Origin: Minisyncoccota bacterium
Lineage (GTDB): Bacteria > Patescibacteriota > Minisyncoccia > Phycocordibacterales > UBA6065
Direction of reading: 5' to 3'
Assembly: GCA_035546035.1 (NCBI GenBank)
Contig: DASZXC010000003.1
Span: 479 to 64,478, forward strand
DNA: 64,000 bases
A program made the translations under genes and the position numbers. The notes beneath the pieces are model-generated. The model had not been told where the DNA came from. It saw only the letters and a program-made list of their open reading frames with translations, and did not search any database. Positions 27,950 to 37,974 of the stretch are shown here, piece after piece (position 1 is the first letter of the stretch; each line of letters opens with the position of its first letter).

Positions 27950-28873
27950 CTAATATCGCGCGAGTTCGGAGTATTTATTGGTGAAGAACGAAGTTTTGTT
28001 TTTATAGTAAGCCCAATCCATGGCTTCATTCTTGAATATGATATGAGGTACGTTCGCATACCATGCGGCGAAAGCGCCGAAGCTCGAGTCGGATCCGATG
28101 ACCGCGTCAGCCCGAGAGAGGAGGAAGAGGTCCGTGACCGAATTCTCCTTTGAGATATGTATGTTGAGACCATCGAATTTCCTCGCGTCTATAGGCCCAT
28201 CAGAAGTTATGAGGAAAAGCGCGGCGGCGGCATCCATCGAATTTTCGCGGATGTATTCGTCCAAGGTCTCGCGGACCCGTTTCTGGCCCACGATAAATCT
28301 GCCGCCCTTAAAGCCGGCATAGTCGCTTTGGCGGATGTGGACGCCGACGATCTTCGAGTGCTTCTCCCGGAGCGGCGCGATTATGGAATCGACGCGTTTA
28401 GCGACGAAATCCGCCGGCTTGAATGCTTCGCGGAGCGCAGAGCCGAATTTTTCAAGCCCTTTCGGATTCCTGAAAAGCCAGCCGGTGAAATAGAGCGCGT
28501 CGTATCTCTGAAGGCGGTCGGGGAGAGGCGCGGACGGCGGAAGATACGTCGCCTGATTCAGGCTGTTTTCAGACGAGTATACGCGAGAGGGTTCGAACCA
28601 TGCCGTTATGCGCGATCGCAGGGCGTATTTACGCCGTTCGATCCTATTGATGAAGCTCGACCGCCTGCGCGGCTTTCGGAATAGAAGCCTCGCCTTTAGA
28701 TTCGTTACGAAGCTTTCGTCTTTGAGGAAGCGGAAGAAATGGTGGTACTCGTAGAACGAAGGATTGCGGACGGTCGCGCCGATCTCGAGGCCGTATGCGC
28801 ATATGCTCACGTAATTCCAGAGCTGGTTCGCCAGCTCGCCGCCACCGTGCTTGAGAATGACGAGCTTCTTCAT
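27950..28873 (-). CDS. GT11-like (alpha-1,2-fucosyltransferase-like) glycosyltransferase
   Basis: GGELANQLW, GVHIRQSDY, DLFLLS...IGSDSSFG. Confidence 0.8.
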   Translation of the reverse strand: MKKLVILKHGGGELANQLWNYVSICAYGLEIGATVRNPSFYEYHHFFRFLKDESFVTNLKARLLFRKPRRRSSFINRIERRKYALRSRITAWFEPSRVYSSENSLNQATYLPPSAPLPDRLQRYDALYFTGWLFRNPKGLEKFGSALREAFKPADFVAKRVDSIIAPLREKHSKIVGVHIRQSDYAGFKGGRFIVGQKRVRETLDEYIRENSMDAAAALFLITSDGPIDARKFDGLNIHISKENSVTDLFLLSRADAVIGSDSSFGAFAAWYANVPHIIFKNEAMDWAYYKNKTSFFTNKYSELARY

Positions 28874-29637
28874 TATTTTTGGAAATGATAGAGGCCGGTG
28901 CCGAACCCTTTTTTCGCGTCGCAGAATCTTTCGACGTCTCTTCCGTAAACGTAGCTTTCTTCCTGCAGCTTCAATCCAGGGAAGAGGGATATGACTTGCT
29001 CGCGCGTGAATGCGCGGTGCGCGTTGAAGTATGTTTTGCTCTCACGGTCTATGGGCACGGATATATAGAGCGATCCGCCGGGGGCGAGCACGCGGGAGAG
29101 TTCCTTCGCCGATTTTTCGGTGCCGAATTGGTCGAGCGGGTCGCCGTAGCGGCCGAGACCGATATGCTCGATGACGCAGATCGAAGAAAGCGACTCGAGC
29201 TCGCCGTCTTTGAAGGGAAGCGCGGTTATATCGCCTTTAACGAATGAGAGGCCGGGAATAGAGACGGAGAGAGGGCGGATGTCTACCATCGCCGTCGGCA
29301 CGAATTGGGAGATTATGCCTACCATCAATGCTTGCGAACCGACATCGCAGTGCTTTCGAGGCTTCGCTTCGAAGACTTTCTTTGCGCACCAGCATCCCTG
29401 GATAAAATAGACCGGATCGATATCGGTGAGGGCAGTCTTGTCGTATATGCGGGGGAAGAGGTCTGCCGTAGAGACCTTGAACGAAGGGTTCTTTTCGAGC
29501 CTTCGATATTTTCTATAGTCGGAAAAATACGCCGAAAGGTTTTTGATGCGCGATCCAAACCCCGGCTTCACGCGAAAGATTCGCGCCATGACGATCGCGT
29601 ATTTGAAAGGGGGAAAGCGCTTCAGGGATTCTCTCAT
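28873..29637 (-). CDS. DUF268-like methyltransferase-fold protein
   Basis: DVGS, VIEHIGLGRYGDPLD, FNAHR. Confidence 0.85.
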   Translation of the reverse strand: MRESLKRFPPFKYAIVMARIFRVKPGFGSRIKNLSAYFSDYRKYRRLEKNPSFKVSTADLFPRIYDKTALTDIDPVYFIQGCWCAKKVFEAKPRKHCDVGSQALMVGIISQFVPTAMVDIRPLSVSIPGLSFVKGDITALPFKDGELESLSSICVIEHIGLGRYGDPLDQFGTEKSAKELSRVLAPGGSLYISVPIDRESKTYFNAHRAFTREQVISLFPGLKLQEESYVYGRDVERFCDAKKGFGTGLYHFQK

Positions 29638-29643
29638 GCGATT

Positions 29644-30615
29644 TTATAGTACGACTTCCGCGAAGTTTTCGCGAGGGAAGCCCCAGTCTTCAGGGTTGGT
29701 CTTGTAAGGGATTTTCGTCTCGAGCATCTTTTTGGTGTCTTCTTGGAATTTCGTGAATGAAGCGAGGTACCTGACGCCTTTGTGGTGATGGTAGATGTGA
29801 TATACGGAGTGGGGCAGGATTTTCTGTTTTAATCCGAAACAATAGAGCACGTAGAGGATATAGCCGTCGAGCGTGCCGCTGCCCACGGTCATCTGGTCGT
29901 ATCCGCGGACTTTCTCTACGGCGCCCCTATGCATCATGAGGAAGTCTCCGGCAGCGTTCGTGTGCATGATCGATTCATCAGATTCTTTGTCCCTAAAAGG
30001 GTTGAGGAACGGGCATTGGAGGAGTATCTTCCTTGTCCTGCCGTGGATAAGGGCAGAGAGCCATTCTTTGAATGAAAGATATACGGTCCTGTCGTTGTAC
30101 ATGATCTTGATCGCGTCTTTCTCCGCGCGAGCGAGCACTTCTGCAGCCGAAAGCCGCGGGTCTATCCAGTTCATAGCCATATCCTTGCGATTGATGCGGT
30201 AGAAGGAATTCGCATCGAGTTCCTTTGCCGCGAAGAAGTCAAAGAGCTTGTCGCTGTAGAGCACGTCCGGATTCGTCGCCACGATCCATTCGCCTTTGGA
30301 GCGCCTCATGCCTATGTTCTTTCCGATGAATTCGCAGACGGTTACCTTTTCATTGTCGGGAAGCGTCTTGTGAAAGCTCGCCGGCACGGTGACGAAACGG
30401 ACTGCCAGATAGCGGTTATCCTCGATGACGAGCTCTTCATATATATGCTTCTTATGGGCCGGGGGATTGTATTCGACGAAGACGAGCTCGCACCAGAGCT
30501 TGGTGCGGTTGGTCTGGTATATAAGGACTTTTATGAACGCATTGATGCGGTTCGTCCAATTGCCGCCGTAATCGTCGTTGCGGGCGGTCACTACGAATGA
30601 GATGAACGGGCTCAT
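29644..30615 (-). CDS. GT-A (GT2-like) glycosyltransferase (start 30615, ATGA overlap)
   Basis: SFVVTARNDDYGG, KNIGMRR, TNPD, AAGDF. Confidence 0.75.
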   Translation of the reverse strand: MSPFISFVVTARNDDYGGNWTNRINAFIKVLIYQTNRTKLWCELVFVEYNPPAHKKHIYEELVIEDNRYLAVRFVTVPASFHKTLPDNEKVTVCEFIGKNIGMRRSKGEWIVATNPDVLYSDKLFDFFAAKELDANSFYRINRKDMAMNWIDPRLSAAEVLARAEKDAIKIMYNDRTVYLSFKEWLSALIHGRTRKILLQCPFLNPFRDKESDESIMHTNAAGDFLMMHRGAVEKVRGYDQMTVGSGTLDGYILYVLYCFGLKQKILPHSVYHIYHHHKGVRYLASFTKFQEDTKKMLETKIPYKTNPEDWGFPRENFAEVVL

Positions 30616-31637
30616 TTGGTTTTTCCGTAAAGGATCCTCTGCCATTCGATCGTGCGCGCGAGACCGGCATCGAGGCCGACGAAATCCGTTTTTGAGAACT
30701 CTTTTTTAGCTTTCGAAAGGTCGAGCCAGACGTCTTCCGGCGCGCCGCCGAGGGCCTGTGCCGAAGCGCCGGCCTTTACCGGCGCGCCGGCTATGCCGCC
30801 GATCTTCGCGGCCAGCTCCGCGATCGTGGTCTTGCTCTCTCCGCCCACGTTATAGACGAATTCCTTGCCCGAAAGCAGTATCTTCCACATCATCTCTACC
30901 GCATCGGTGACATAGCAATACGTCCTCTTCGCCGCGCCGCTATCCATCATGGCTATCTCGCCGTTCAGGGCTTTTTCGATGAATGAATTGAGCACGCGCT
31001 GGTCGCCTTTCTTGGTTCCCGGTCCGTAGGCGAGGGAGAGGCGGGCCGCTTTGGCGTCCAATCCTTTCGCCCGATACGCATCGGCGATCGCTTCGCCCGA
31101 ACGCTTGCCTTCGATATAGCACGCGCGTGGATGTTCGGGACCCGTCGTCCCTATGTCCGTTTCCTTGTAGGGAACGTTCTTCGAGCCGCTGTATATCTCG
31201 CTCGTCGATACGAAGAGGAATTTGCCGCCGGTCTTAACCTTTTCCGCGAGCATGGACGTCGCGAGCGTATTGAGCGCCAGCGTCTTTACCGGATCCGAGA
31301 GGAACTTTCCCGGTTGGCCGTATCCCGCGGCGTGTATGACGATATCGGCGGACGGGAGGCTTTGAAGGAATGCGGGATCGGTGAGGTCTCCGGCAATGAT
31401 CTCCGAGCCTTTCGGCAGGAGCTCTTTGAAATAGGCGTCCGGAGCATTGTGGACCACTGCGATGACCTTGACCGCGATACCGTTCGCTTCAGCCTGTTTC
31501 AAGGAAGCGGCGAAATATGTGCCGACGAGGCCGGTTATGCCCGTGATGAGCACGCTTTTACCTTGAAGCGACGAAAGGTCTGTAGCCTCGGCGATACTTT
31601 CCGCGTCTTTATATATGAGGTCTGCGAGAGTATTCAT
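30612..31637 (-). CDS. NAD-dependent epimerase/dehydratase (UDP-GlcA decarboxylase-like)
   Basis: ITGITGLVG, STSEIY, YIEGK (YxxxK), YGPG, RTYCYV.D. Confidence 0.9.
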   Translation of the reverse strand: MNTLADLIYKDAESIAEATDLSSLQGKSVLITGITGLVGTYFAASLKQAEANGIAVKVIAVVHNAPDAYFKELLPKGSEIIAGDLTDPAFLQSLPSADIVIHAAGYGQPGKFLSDPVKTLALNTLATSMLAEKVKTGGKFLFVSTSEIYSGSKNVPYKETDIGTTGPEHPRACYIEGKRSGEAIADAYRAKGLDAKAARLSLAYGPGTKKGDQRVLNSFIEKALNGEIAMMDSGAAKRTYCYVTDAVEMMWKILLSGKEFVYNVGGESKTTIAELAAKIGGIAGAPVKAGASAQALGGAPEDVWLDLSKAKKEFSKTDFVGLDAGLARTIEWQRILYGKTK

Positions 31638-32519
31638 TTATATGATCTTTTCTATCCTCTCCCTGATATCGGCTGCCGTGAGCTTCAGATATGCGTCTAT
31701 ATCGCCGACATTGCCGTATTTATGGATGAATTCGCGCGGTACGCCGATGTGGTGTACGCTCGGCGATTTCTTCGCCATCTCTGCCGATTTCGCTATGTCC
31801 CAATCGAGAGAGCCTTCATAGAAAGGCTCGCAGACGATCACCTTGTCTCCCGCGATATTCGTCGCCAGCGCATCTCGGTCGAAAGGCGCGACGGTCGTGT
31901 AATAGAGGATCGTCACGTCCAGTCCTTTGCAGGCTTCGCGCACGCTTTCGAGCATCGGCCCTACGGTCACGACCGTAGCTTTCAAGCCTTTTTGTACGAT
32001 CATGGCTTTGCCGAACTCTACGGGGAAGCTCTCTTTATTGCTTCGCTCGCTCAAGCGGAAGTATGTAGGCTTGCCGTCCGCATAGGTCGCCCTGAACAGC
32101 GAGTCGAATTCCGCAGGCGTTCCCGGTACGACGATCTCCATGTTCGGGACGTTCTTCAGTATGCCGACGTCGCCAGGGCAGTGATGGGTGCCTCCCATGA
32201 CCGCATAATCGTACGATCCGCCGATGCCTATGAAGTTGCCGCCGATATTCTGGTATCCGAAATCGTCTTTGATCTGTTCAAGCGAACGTTCGACTATGAA
32301 CGGGGCGATGGTGTGCACGACAGGGATCATGTCGTGGAGCGAGAGACCTGCGGCCAGGCTCACCGTCGATTGCTCGAGGATGCCGATATTGTAGACGCGG
32401 TCAGGATGCTCTTTGAAAGCGTTCCTGAACCCGAATACGCTTATGTCGCCCAAAAGCAGGACGAGGCGCGGGTCGGTCTTCAGTATATCTTCGACGGTCT
32501 TTACGAATTGTTTTCTCAT
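31638..32519 (-). CDS. Transketolase, C-terminal (pyrimidine-binding) subunit
   Basis: NIGILEQ, RSLEQI, GGTHH, YFRL. Confidence 0.9.
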   Translation of the reverse strand: MRKQFVKTVEDILKTDPRLVLLLGDISVFGFRNAFKEHPDRVYNIGILEQSTVSLAAGLSLHDMIPVVHTIAPFIVERSLEQIKDDFGYQNIGGNFIGIGGSYDYAVMGGTHHCPGDVGILKNVPNMEIVVPGTPAEFDSLFRATYADGKPTYFRLSERSNKESFPVEFGKAMIVQKGLKATVVTVGPMLESVREACKGLDVTILYYTTVAPFDRDALATNIAGDKVIVCEPFYEGSLDWDIAKSAEMAKKSPSVHHIGVPREFIHKYGNVGDIDAYLKLTAADIRERIEKII

Positions 32520-32521
32520 GG

Positions 32522-33280
32522 CTATATCAGTTCTTTAAGGAATGCTTCGAGCTCCTCGGGTTTCGGCGATTTGTGGTGCCATTCCGGATTGTGTTCCATG
32601 GACTTCACGCCCTTGCCTTTTATCGTGGCGGCGATGACGGCGATGGGCCTCTCGCTCTTTGCGGTCAACGCCTTATATATCGCCTCTTCATCGTGCCCGT
32701 CTATCGCTATGGTGTGCCAGCCGAATGATTTGAACTTCGCTTCTACGTCTCCGAGCACGAGCGAGCGGTCATTCGAGTGGTTGTAGTCGACGATGCAGCA
32801 GAGGTTGTCGAGCTTTTGGTGGGGCGCAAGGAGCGCGGATTCCCATACCGTACCCTCATTGCACTCGCCGTCGCCTATGATGGTATAGACCCGGCCCTTC
32901 TGCTTCCGTATCTTCATCGCCAGAGCGAGGCCGACTGCCATAGGGAAGCCATGGCCGAGCGAGCCCGTAGAGGTCTCTACTCCCGGAACTTTTGTCCGGT
33001 CCGGATGACCGCCGAGGATGCTGTCGAATCTTCCGAACGAATGGAGCGTCTCCTCGGTGATGAATCCTTTTTCCGCGAGGACGGCATAGAGGCCGATGGA
33101 AGCGTGGCCCTTCGAAAGCACGAATCGGTCGCGGTCAGGGTGCGATACGGTCTCGGGACTTATGTTAAGGACGCGGTCATAGAGGACCCAGAGTATCTCC
33201 AGGATCGAAAACGCCGTAGATATGTGGCCTTCTCCGGATTTGGTCGCTATTTCCAGTATCTTTCGTTTCAGATGCTTCAT
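32522..33280 (-). CDS. Transketolase, N-terminal (TPP-binding) subunit
   Basis: DRFVLSKGHA, GHP, TGSLGHG, GDGE.NEG..WE, TIKGKG, WHH. Confidence 0.93.
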   Translation of the reverse strand: MKHLKRKILEIATKSGEGHISTAFSILEILWVLYDRVLNISPETVSHPDRDRFVLSKGHASIGLYAVLAEKGFITEETLHSFGRFDSILGGHPDRTKVPGVETSTGSLGHGFPMAVGLALAMKIRKQKGRVYTIIGDGECNEGTVWESALLAPHQKLDNLCCIVDYNHSNDRSLVLGDVEAKFKSFGWHTIAIDGHDEEAIYKALTAKSERPIAVIAATIKGKGVKSMEHNPEWHHKSPKPEELEAFLKELI

Positions 33281-33289
33281 AGGCCGATG

Positions 33290-34135
33290 CTACATTATAA
33301 TCTCTTTAATACCTCCGAGGTAACGAGGATTCTGGTCCTTTACCCTCCACATATAGAGGGGGCTCAAAACGACGTGGCTGTTGCGGAACGTCTCTGCCAC
33401 ATGGAAATTGAAATCCTTGTCGGCGCCGCGGCCCATGAATGAGGGCCATACCCGGTCGCGGAGCTTTCTGAACACGACTTTCTCGATGACCGTTCGTTCA
33501 AAAAGCGGAGAATTGCCCGCCGCCGGATAATTTTCCAGCGAACCGAAGAAAAGCTTGTTTACGATCCTCTTTCGTTTCCAGTGGAAGGGGATAATGCGAT
33601 TAAGGCGCGTCGAGATTTTGGCGACAAAGCCTTTCGATCTCTGCGACATCGCATACAGCGCATCCGGTCCGATGACCTCGGGATTTTCAAGAAGACCGGC
33701 TTTTTTACCGACGAGATCCTGGTCAAATTGGATCCAGTCGATCGTGAGGTGCGTCGATCCGTGCTTTTTAAGCAAGCTGTATTGGAGCTCGATGCGATTG
33801 AGGAACGACGCATCGTCAGCGTCTTGGAACGTTATATATGCGCCGCGGGCCTCTCGGAGTCCCGTATTGCGCGCGGACCAGCCAGCATTCACGTTGCGGT
33901 TCAGCGCGGCATCGAACCTTTCAGGGTCATTGTCGGCGGAAAGGAGTTTCGCCCGACTATCCTGCGCTGCGATCGCTTCTACGGCCTTTTTCGTGCCGTC
34001 GGTAGACGCATCGTCCACGACGATGACTTCGAGGTTATCGTAGGTCTGACGGAGGATCGAATCCAAGGCTGCCGCGATCGTTTTCTCGCAATTGTAAACC
34101 GGTATGATGACGCTTATGAGAGGCTTGTCGCTCAT
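33290..34135 (-). CDS. Glycosyltransferase family 2
   Basis: SVIIPVYN, VVDDASTD, ARNTG, FQDADD. Confidence 0.92.
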   Translation of the reverse strand: MSDKPLISVIIPVYNCEKTIAAALDSILRQTYDNLEVIVVDDASTDGTKKAVEAIAAQDSRAKLLSADNDPERFDAALNRNVNAGWSARNTGLREARGAYITFQDADDASFLNRIELQYSLLKKHGSTHLTIDWIQFDQDLVGKKAGLLENPEVIGPDALYAMSQRSKGFVAKISTRLNRIIPFHWKRKRIVNKLFFGSLENYPAAGNSPLFERTVIEKVVFRKLRDRVWPSFMGRGADKDFNFHVAETFRNSHVVLSPLYMWRVKDQNPRYLGGIKEIIM

Positions 34136-34144
34136 GGCTTAGTT

Positions 34145-35317
34145 TTACAGCTTCAGTATATCGTCTATGAATCGTCCGTATGCTTCGCTGAAGGCCTTTT
34201 TGGTGTGATGCGAACGGACGTAATTCCAGACCTGGCGAGCTTTTTCTTTGATCTCGCCCTCTGGCATCATCGAGAAGCCGCGCGCCGCTTGCCGTACCGA
34301 TTCGACGGTCGGATTCTCCATGACGATAGCGCCGAGGTTTTCGTTAAGACCGGTTTGCGGCGTGACGATCGGGACGAGACCGCCATGGCACGACTGGATC
34401 ACGGCGCCTGACGTGCCTTCAGCCGATGACGGATATATGATGGCCCCGCACGCGTTGAACACCTCGCTGATATCCCTTCCTCCGACCGTGATGCGGCCCT
34501 CTTGGTCTATTTTAGGCCTGGTATAACGGATGATGTTCGGGAGCGCGAGCTCTTTTTCGTATTCCTCGGCGAAATCGGGTTCGTGCGCGGCCGGTCCGAG
34601 GATATGGAGCGTGAGATCCGGCATGCCCGCGAACGCTTCGATCGCGAGGTCCAGGCCCTTCAATATCGCGCCGCCCCCGCCGAAATAGAGGAAATGCTTT
34701 CGGGCTGCGGCGAAATCCTTATTCTCCGGGAAAGGGAATTCTTGGACGACCGAGATCGGTACAGGAAACATAGGTTTGCCGAAGCGCTCGAACGTTTTGA
34801 GCACATTCTCATTGCCGAAGCCTTCGAGAAAATCGGCGATCGCCACGCTCTGGGTGGGCGCTACCTGTCTCTTCGGAGTAATGGACGTGCCGCGGCGCTT
34901 ATTTATCGCTGTGAGGCGCGCTTTCTCGCGCTCGTTGTATTCCGCATAGTACGGATTGTCTATGTGGACGGCTTTCTTGCAGGAAGCGGGGAGGTATTTC
35001 GAAAGACGCTCGAGGTCTTGCTGAATATCTATGCATGCGACGTAGGGCTTTTTGGGGATGAATACGTGCTCGCGAGCGTTGATGATGTCTACGTCATACC
35101 CGCGCACCGAGAACAGGCGCGCCATCTCCGCGGATTCCCAGTAATTGCTGTGAGGATCAGTCTTGTATTCCCAGGGGAAGAGAGTGAACGTATCGGTGAT
35201 ATAGGAAATGAGGACCGAACCCTTACGCTTTCCTCGCGCGGGTACATGCACGACGCGCTGAAGCTTGTTCGTGACTTTATTGATCATCGTCTGGAATATA
35301 TTCGCAGGATTATGCAT
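34145..35317 (-). CDS. GT-B (family 4-like) glycosyltransferase
   Basis: FGGGGAILKGLD, PSSAEG. Confidence 0.85.
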   Translation of the reverse strand: MHNPANIFQTMINKVTNKLQRVVHVPARGKRKGSVLISYITDTFTLFPWEYKTDPHSNYWESAEMARLFSVRGYDVDIINAREHVFIPKKPYVACIDIQQDLERLSKYLPASCKKAVHIDNPYYAEYNEREKARLTAINKRRGTSITPKRQVAPTQSVAIADFLEGFGNENVLKTFERFGKPMFPVPISVVQEFPFPENKDFAAARKHFLYFGGGGAILKGLDLAIEAFAGMPDLTLHILGPAAHEPDFAEEYEKELALPNIIRYTRPKIDQEGRITVGGRDISEVFNACGAIIYPSSAEGTSGAVIQSCHGGLVPIVTPQTGLNENLGAIVMENPTVESVRQAARGFSMMPEGEIKEKARQVWNYVRSHHTKKAFSEAYGRFIDDILKL

Positions 35318-37064
35318 GGTCTTTATGGTGAAGCTCGAACCAGAGAGCGAGGCAGAGGAATGTCCAGAGCCTATAGTTGCCCGTAATACCCCGGGCTTTT
35401 GCCTGGTCTATGTAGGCAAAGATCGGGTGCGACGGGTCGTCCATTATCGACGATATTTTCTTTTGAACGGTCTCGGCCTTGAGCCATATATCTACGGGTG
35501 CGCCGAAGCCCTGCTTGCGGCGATAGACGAATTCTTTCGGGAAAACTTCAGCGAGGATGTCTTTGAGGATGATTTTGTTCTCGGTCTTATTTATCTTGAA
35601 TTCGATTGGCAGGCTATATATGTATTCTGCAAACTCGGTGTCGAGGAAAGGCGAGCGGATCTCGAGCGAATGCATCATGCTCGTGCGGTCTACCTTGGTC
35701 AAAAGCTGACCCGGCAGATATATATTGAGGTCGAAGGCGTTTATCTTTCCCGTGCCTCTCGGAGCGTCTACGAGAATTTTCTTCTCATATGAGTGGTCTG
35801 AAGAGTCTTTTTTCTTTATAAGGCTCTGTACCTGTCCGTCCGAGAATACTCCGGTCATTTTCTTGTACGAGCTGAAATGGGTATGGAAAAGCCTCTGGTG
35901 GAGAGGGGTATGCCAATATTTCTGATACCAGCCGTATCCCATGAAAAGCTCGTCCGCGCCGTCGCCCGTGAGAGCGACTTTGACCTTCGATGCGGCGAGC
36001 TTAGAAACAAGATGTTGCGGAAAATCTGAAGAATCGGCGTGAGGCTCGTCGAAATATCCGATGACTTCTTTGAGAGCTTCGAGATCGGGTTTTTCCGCGG
36101 CGAGCGTATAGTGGTCGGTGCCGATTTTCTCTGACGCGGCCTTTGCATAGGACAGCTCGTCTTTGGCCTCGCCATATCCTACTGAAAATGTTTTAATCGG
36201 TCGGTCCATGTGTTTGTGGGCTTCCAGCGTAACGATCGTGGAGTCGACGCCGCCGGAGAGGAGGGAGCCTATCTCTACGTCTGCGACCATCCTCTTTTCG
36301 ACCGCCTTAGCAAAGAGCCTCTTGATCTCTGCTTTCGCTTCGCCATACGAAGCCGCGGTCTTTTTCTTCTCTATCTGCCAGTATCGCCGCGATTCCAATG
36401 AGCCGTCCTTTACGATCCCCGCATGCGCAGGCGGGAGAGTATGGACATTGGAATAGATCGTCTTGTACGGAGGTATGTAGCCGAGCCGTAGATAGTCGGC
36501 GATAGACCCGGGATCGACGATGCCTTTGAAGAGGCCTGCGGCAAAGATCGTTTTTATTTCAGAGCCGGCGATGAACATGCCGTCATGGAACGCATAGTAG
36601 AAAGGCTTTTTTCCGAACCTGTCGCGCGCGATGAAAAGCTCTTTTTTCGCATCGTCCCAGAGGGCGAACGCGAACATACCGTCTATGTGGTCTACGCACG
36701 AGGCTCCGTATTCGGCGTATGATTTCAAGATGACCTCGGTATCTGAATGAGACCGGAAGACATGGCCTTTCCTTTCGAGCTCTGCGCGCAGATCCTTGTA
36801 TCCGTATATCTCGCCGTTAAATACGATGGTGTAGGGACCTTCGTTGTCTTTCATCGGCTGATGGCCTGCAGGAGAGAGATCGACGATGGCGAGGCGCGTC
36901 ATGCCGAGGATCGAGCCGCTGGTCGAGTCGCTGGTCGAGTCGCCGGCGCGTTCGAAGCCTTTATCGTCAGGCCCGCGCTTGTGGATGCAAGTGAGCATCG
37001 CCTCGACGGAGGAGTCTTTGATGGAGTCCGTGTTTTTCCCGGCTATGGCTATGATGCCGCACAT
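35310..37064 (-). CDS. asnB: Asparagine synthase-like glutamine amidotransferase (glycan amidation)
   Basis: MCGI, RGPD, FNGEIY, SDTEV, LSGGVDS, GDGADELF.GY, KVDR.SM..SLE.RSPFLD, KQGF. Confidence 0.93.
   Translation of the reverse strand: MCGIIAIAGKNTDSIKDSSVEAMLTCIHKRGPDDKGFERAGDSTSDSTSGSILGMTRLAIVDLSPAGHQPMKDNEGPYTIVFNGEIYGYKDLRAELERKGHVFRSHSDTEVILKSYAEYGASCVDHIDGMFAFALWDDAKKELFIARDRFGKKPFYYAFHDGMFIAGSEIKTIFAAGLFKGIVDPGSIADYLRLGYIPPYKTIYSNVHTLPPAHAGIVKDGSLESRRYWQIEKKKTAASYGEAKAEIKRLFAKAVEKRMVADVEIGSLLSGGVDSTIVTLEAHKHMDRPIKTFSVGYGEAKDELSYAKAASEKIGTDHYTLAAEKPDLEALKEVIGYFDEPHADSSDFPQHLVSKLAASKVKVALTGDGADELFMGYGWYQKYWHTPLHQRLFHTHFSSYKKMTGVFSDGQVQSLIKKKDSSDHSYEKKILVDAPRGTGKINAFDLNIYLPGQLLTKVDRTSMMHSLEIRSPFLDTEFAEYIYSLPIEFKINKTENKIILKDILAEVFPKEFVYRRKQGFGAPVDIWLKAETVQKKISSIMDDPSHPIFAYIDQAKARGITGNYRLWTFLCLALWFELHHKDHA
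36911..36946. repeat. 12-bp tandem repeat x3 inside asnB
   Basis: tcgagccgctgg tcgagtcgctgg tcgagtcgccgg, encoding GDSTSDSTSGS. Confidence 0.8.
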
Positions 37065-37068
37065 GTGA

Positions 37069-37974
37069 TTACAATCTTATCCAATTCTCCGCATAGACGT
37101 CTTTCGTATCCGCTTTCGGAGCATTCCTAAACCAGACCTTCGGCGCGACGACGACCTTGTCCGTGCGCGGATTGAGCCATGCGCCCCACCAGCCGAACGA
37201 CGAATTGGCGATGATATGGTGCTTGCACGCGCTCATGAGGGCCAGGTCTTCATAGTCGCTCGCCTCGGTGCCTTTTATGCACGTGACGGGATGTTTCAGG
37301 CCCTTGAAGTTCTCGACTGACCACGCATAGTCGTCGGAGAATATGAAGAAATGAGGATTCGCGACGTTCTTTTCGATATGGGCGATGGCCGCGGCGTAAT
37401 AGCTCATGGAACAGACGCCGTGCATCTCTGCGGCAAGGGGGTCGGTGACATAGTCGCCGCGCCGGACATGGAGGGAGACCGCATTTGCTTTCTTTATCTC
37501 TTCGAGCGCCTTGAGGCTCGCTTCCGAAAGCGCTTTTACGGGCGTTATCTCGGCTCGGAGTTCATCAGCGATGTGTCTGAAATACTTCTCGCCCTGCCAG
37601 TCGCCGTCGAAATAGGTCGAGCTTTTCCGGGCAAAGACTTCAACGTCATATGCGAACGTCTTTTCAGGATAATAGAAAGGGAGGAAGAATCGCTTTCCGC
37701 GGAGATATTTATAGAATGCGTCGAATGCCTTGTAATGCTTACGGATGCCGACGAAGCCGAACATGTCGCCGTCTTCGGCAAAAGGCGTTTTCGTGTTGAA
37801 GAGGTTGAGGGAGTATTTTCTGTGTATCTTATGCGGGTCCCAGCGGGCGTCGTCGCACACTTTTTTGTCGATCAGATAGGGCATTCCGAGGCGCGCCGAG
37901 ACTCCGCGCGCGAATGCGTACTGAAAGAGCTGATTGCCTGTGCCGCCTTGGATGCGTACGATGATCTTTTTCAT
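37069..37974 (-). CDS. GT11 alpha-1,2-fucosyltransferase-like protein (start 37974)
   Basis: GGTGNQLFQYA, HVRRGDY, FIFSDD, IIANSSFGWWGAWL. Confidence 0.93.
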   Translation of the reverse strand: MKKIIVRIQGGTGNQLFQYAFARGVSARLGMPYLIDKKVCDDARWDPHKIHRKYSLNLFNTKTPFAEDGDMFGFVGIRKHYKAFDAFYKYLRGKRFFLPFYYPEKTFAYDVEVFARKSSTYFDGDWQGEKYFRHIADELRAEITPVKALSEASLKALEEIKKANAVSLHVRRGDYVTDPLAAEMHGVCSMSYYAAAIAHIEKNVANPHFFIFSDDYAWSVENFKGLKHPVTCIKGTEASDYEDLALMSACKHHIIANSSFGWWGAWLNPRTDKVVVAPKVWFRNAPKADTKDVYAENWIRL

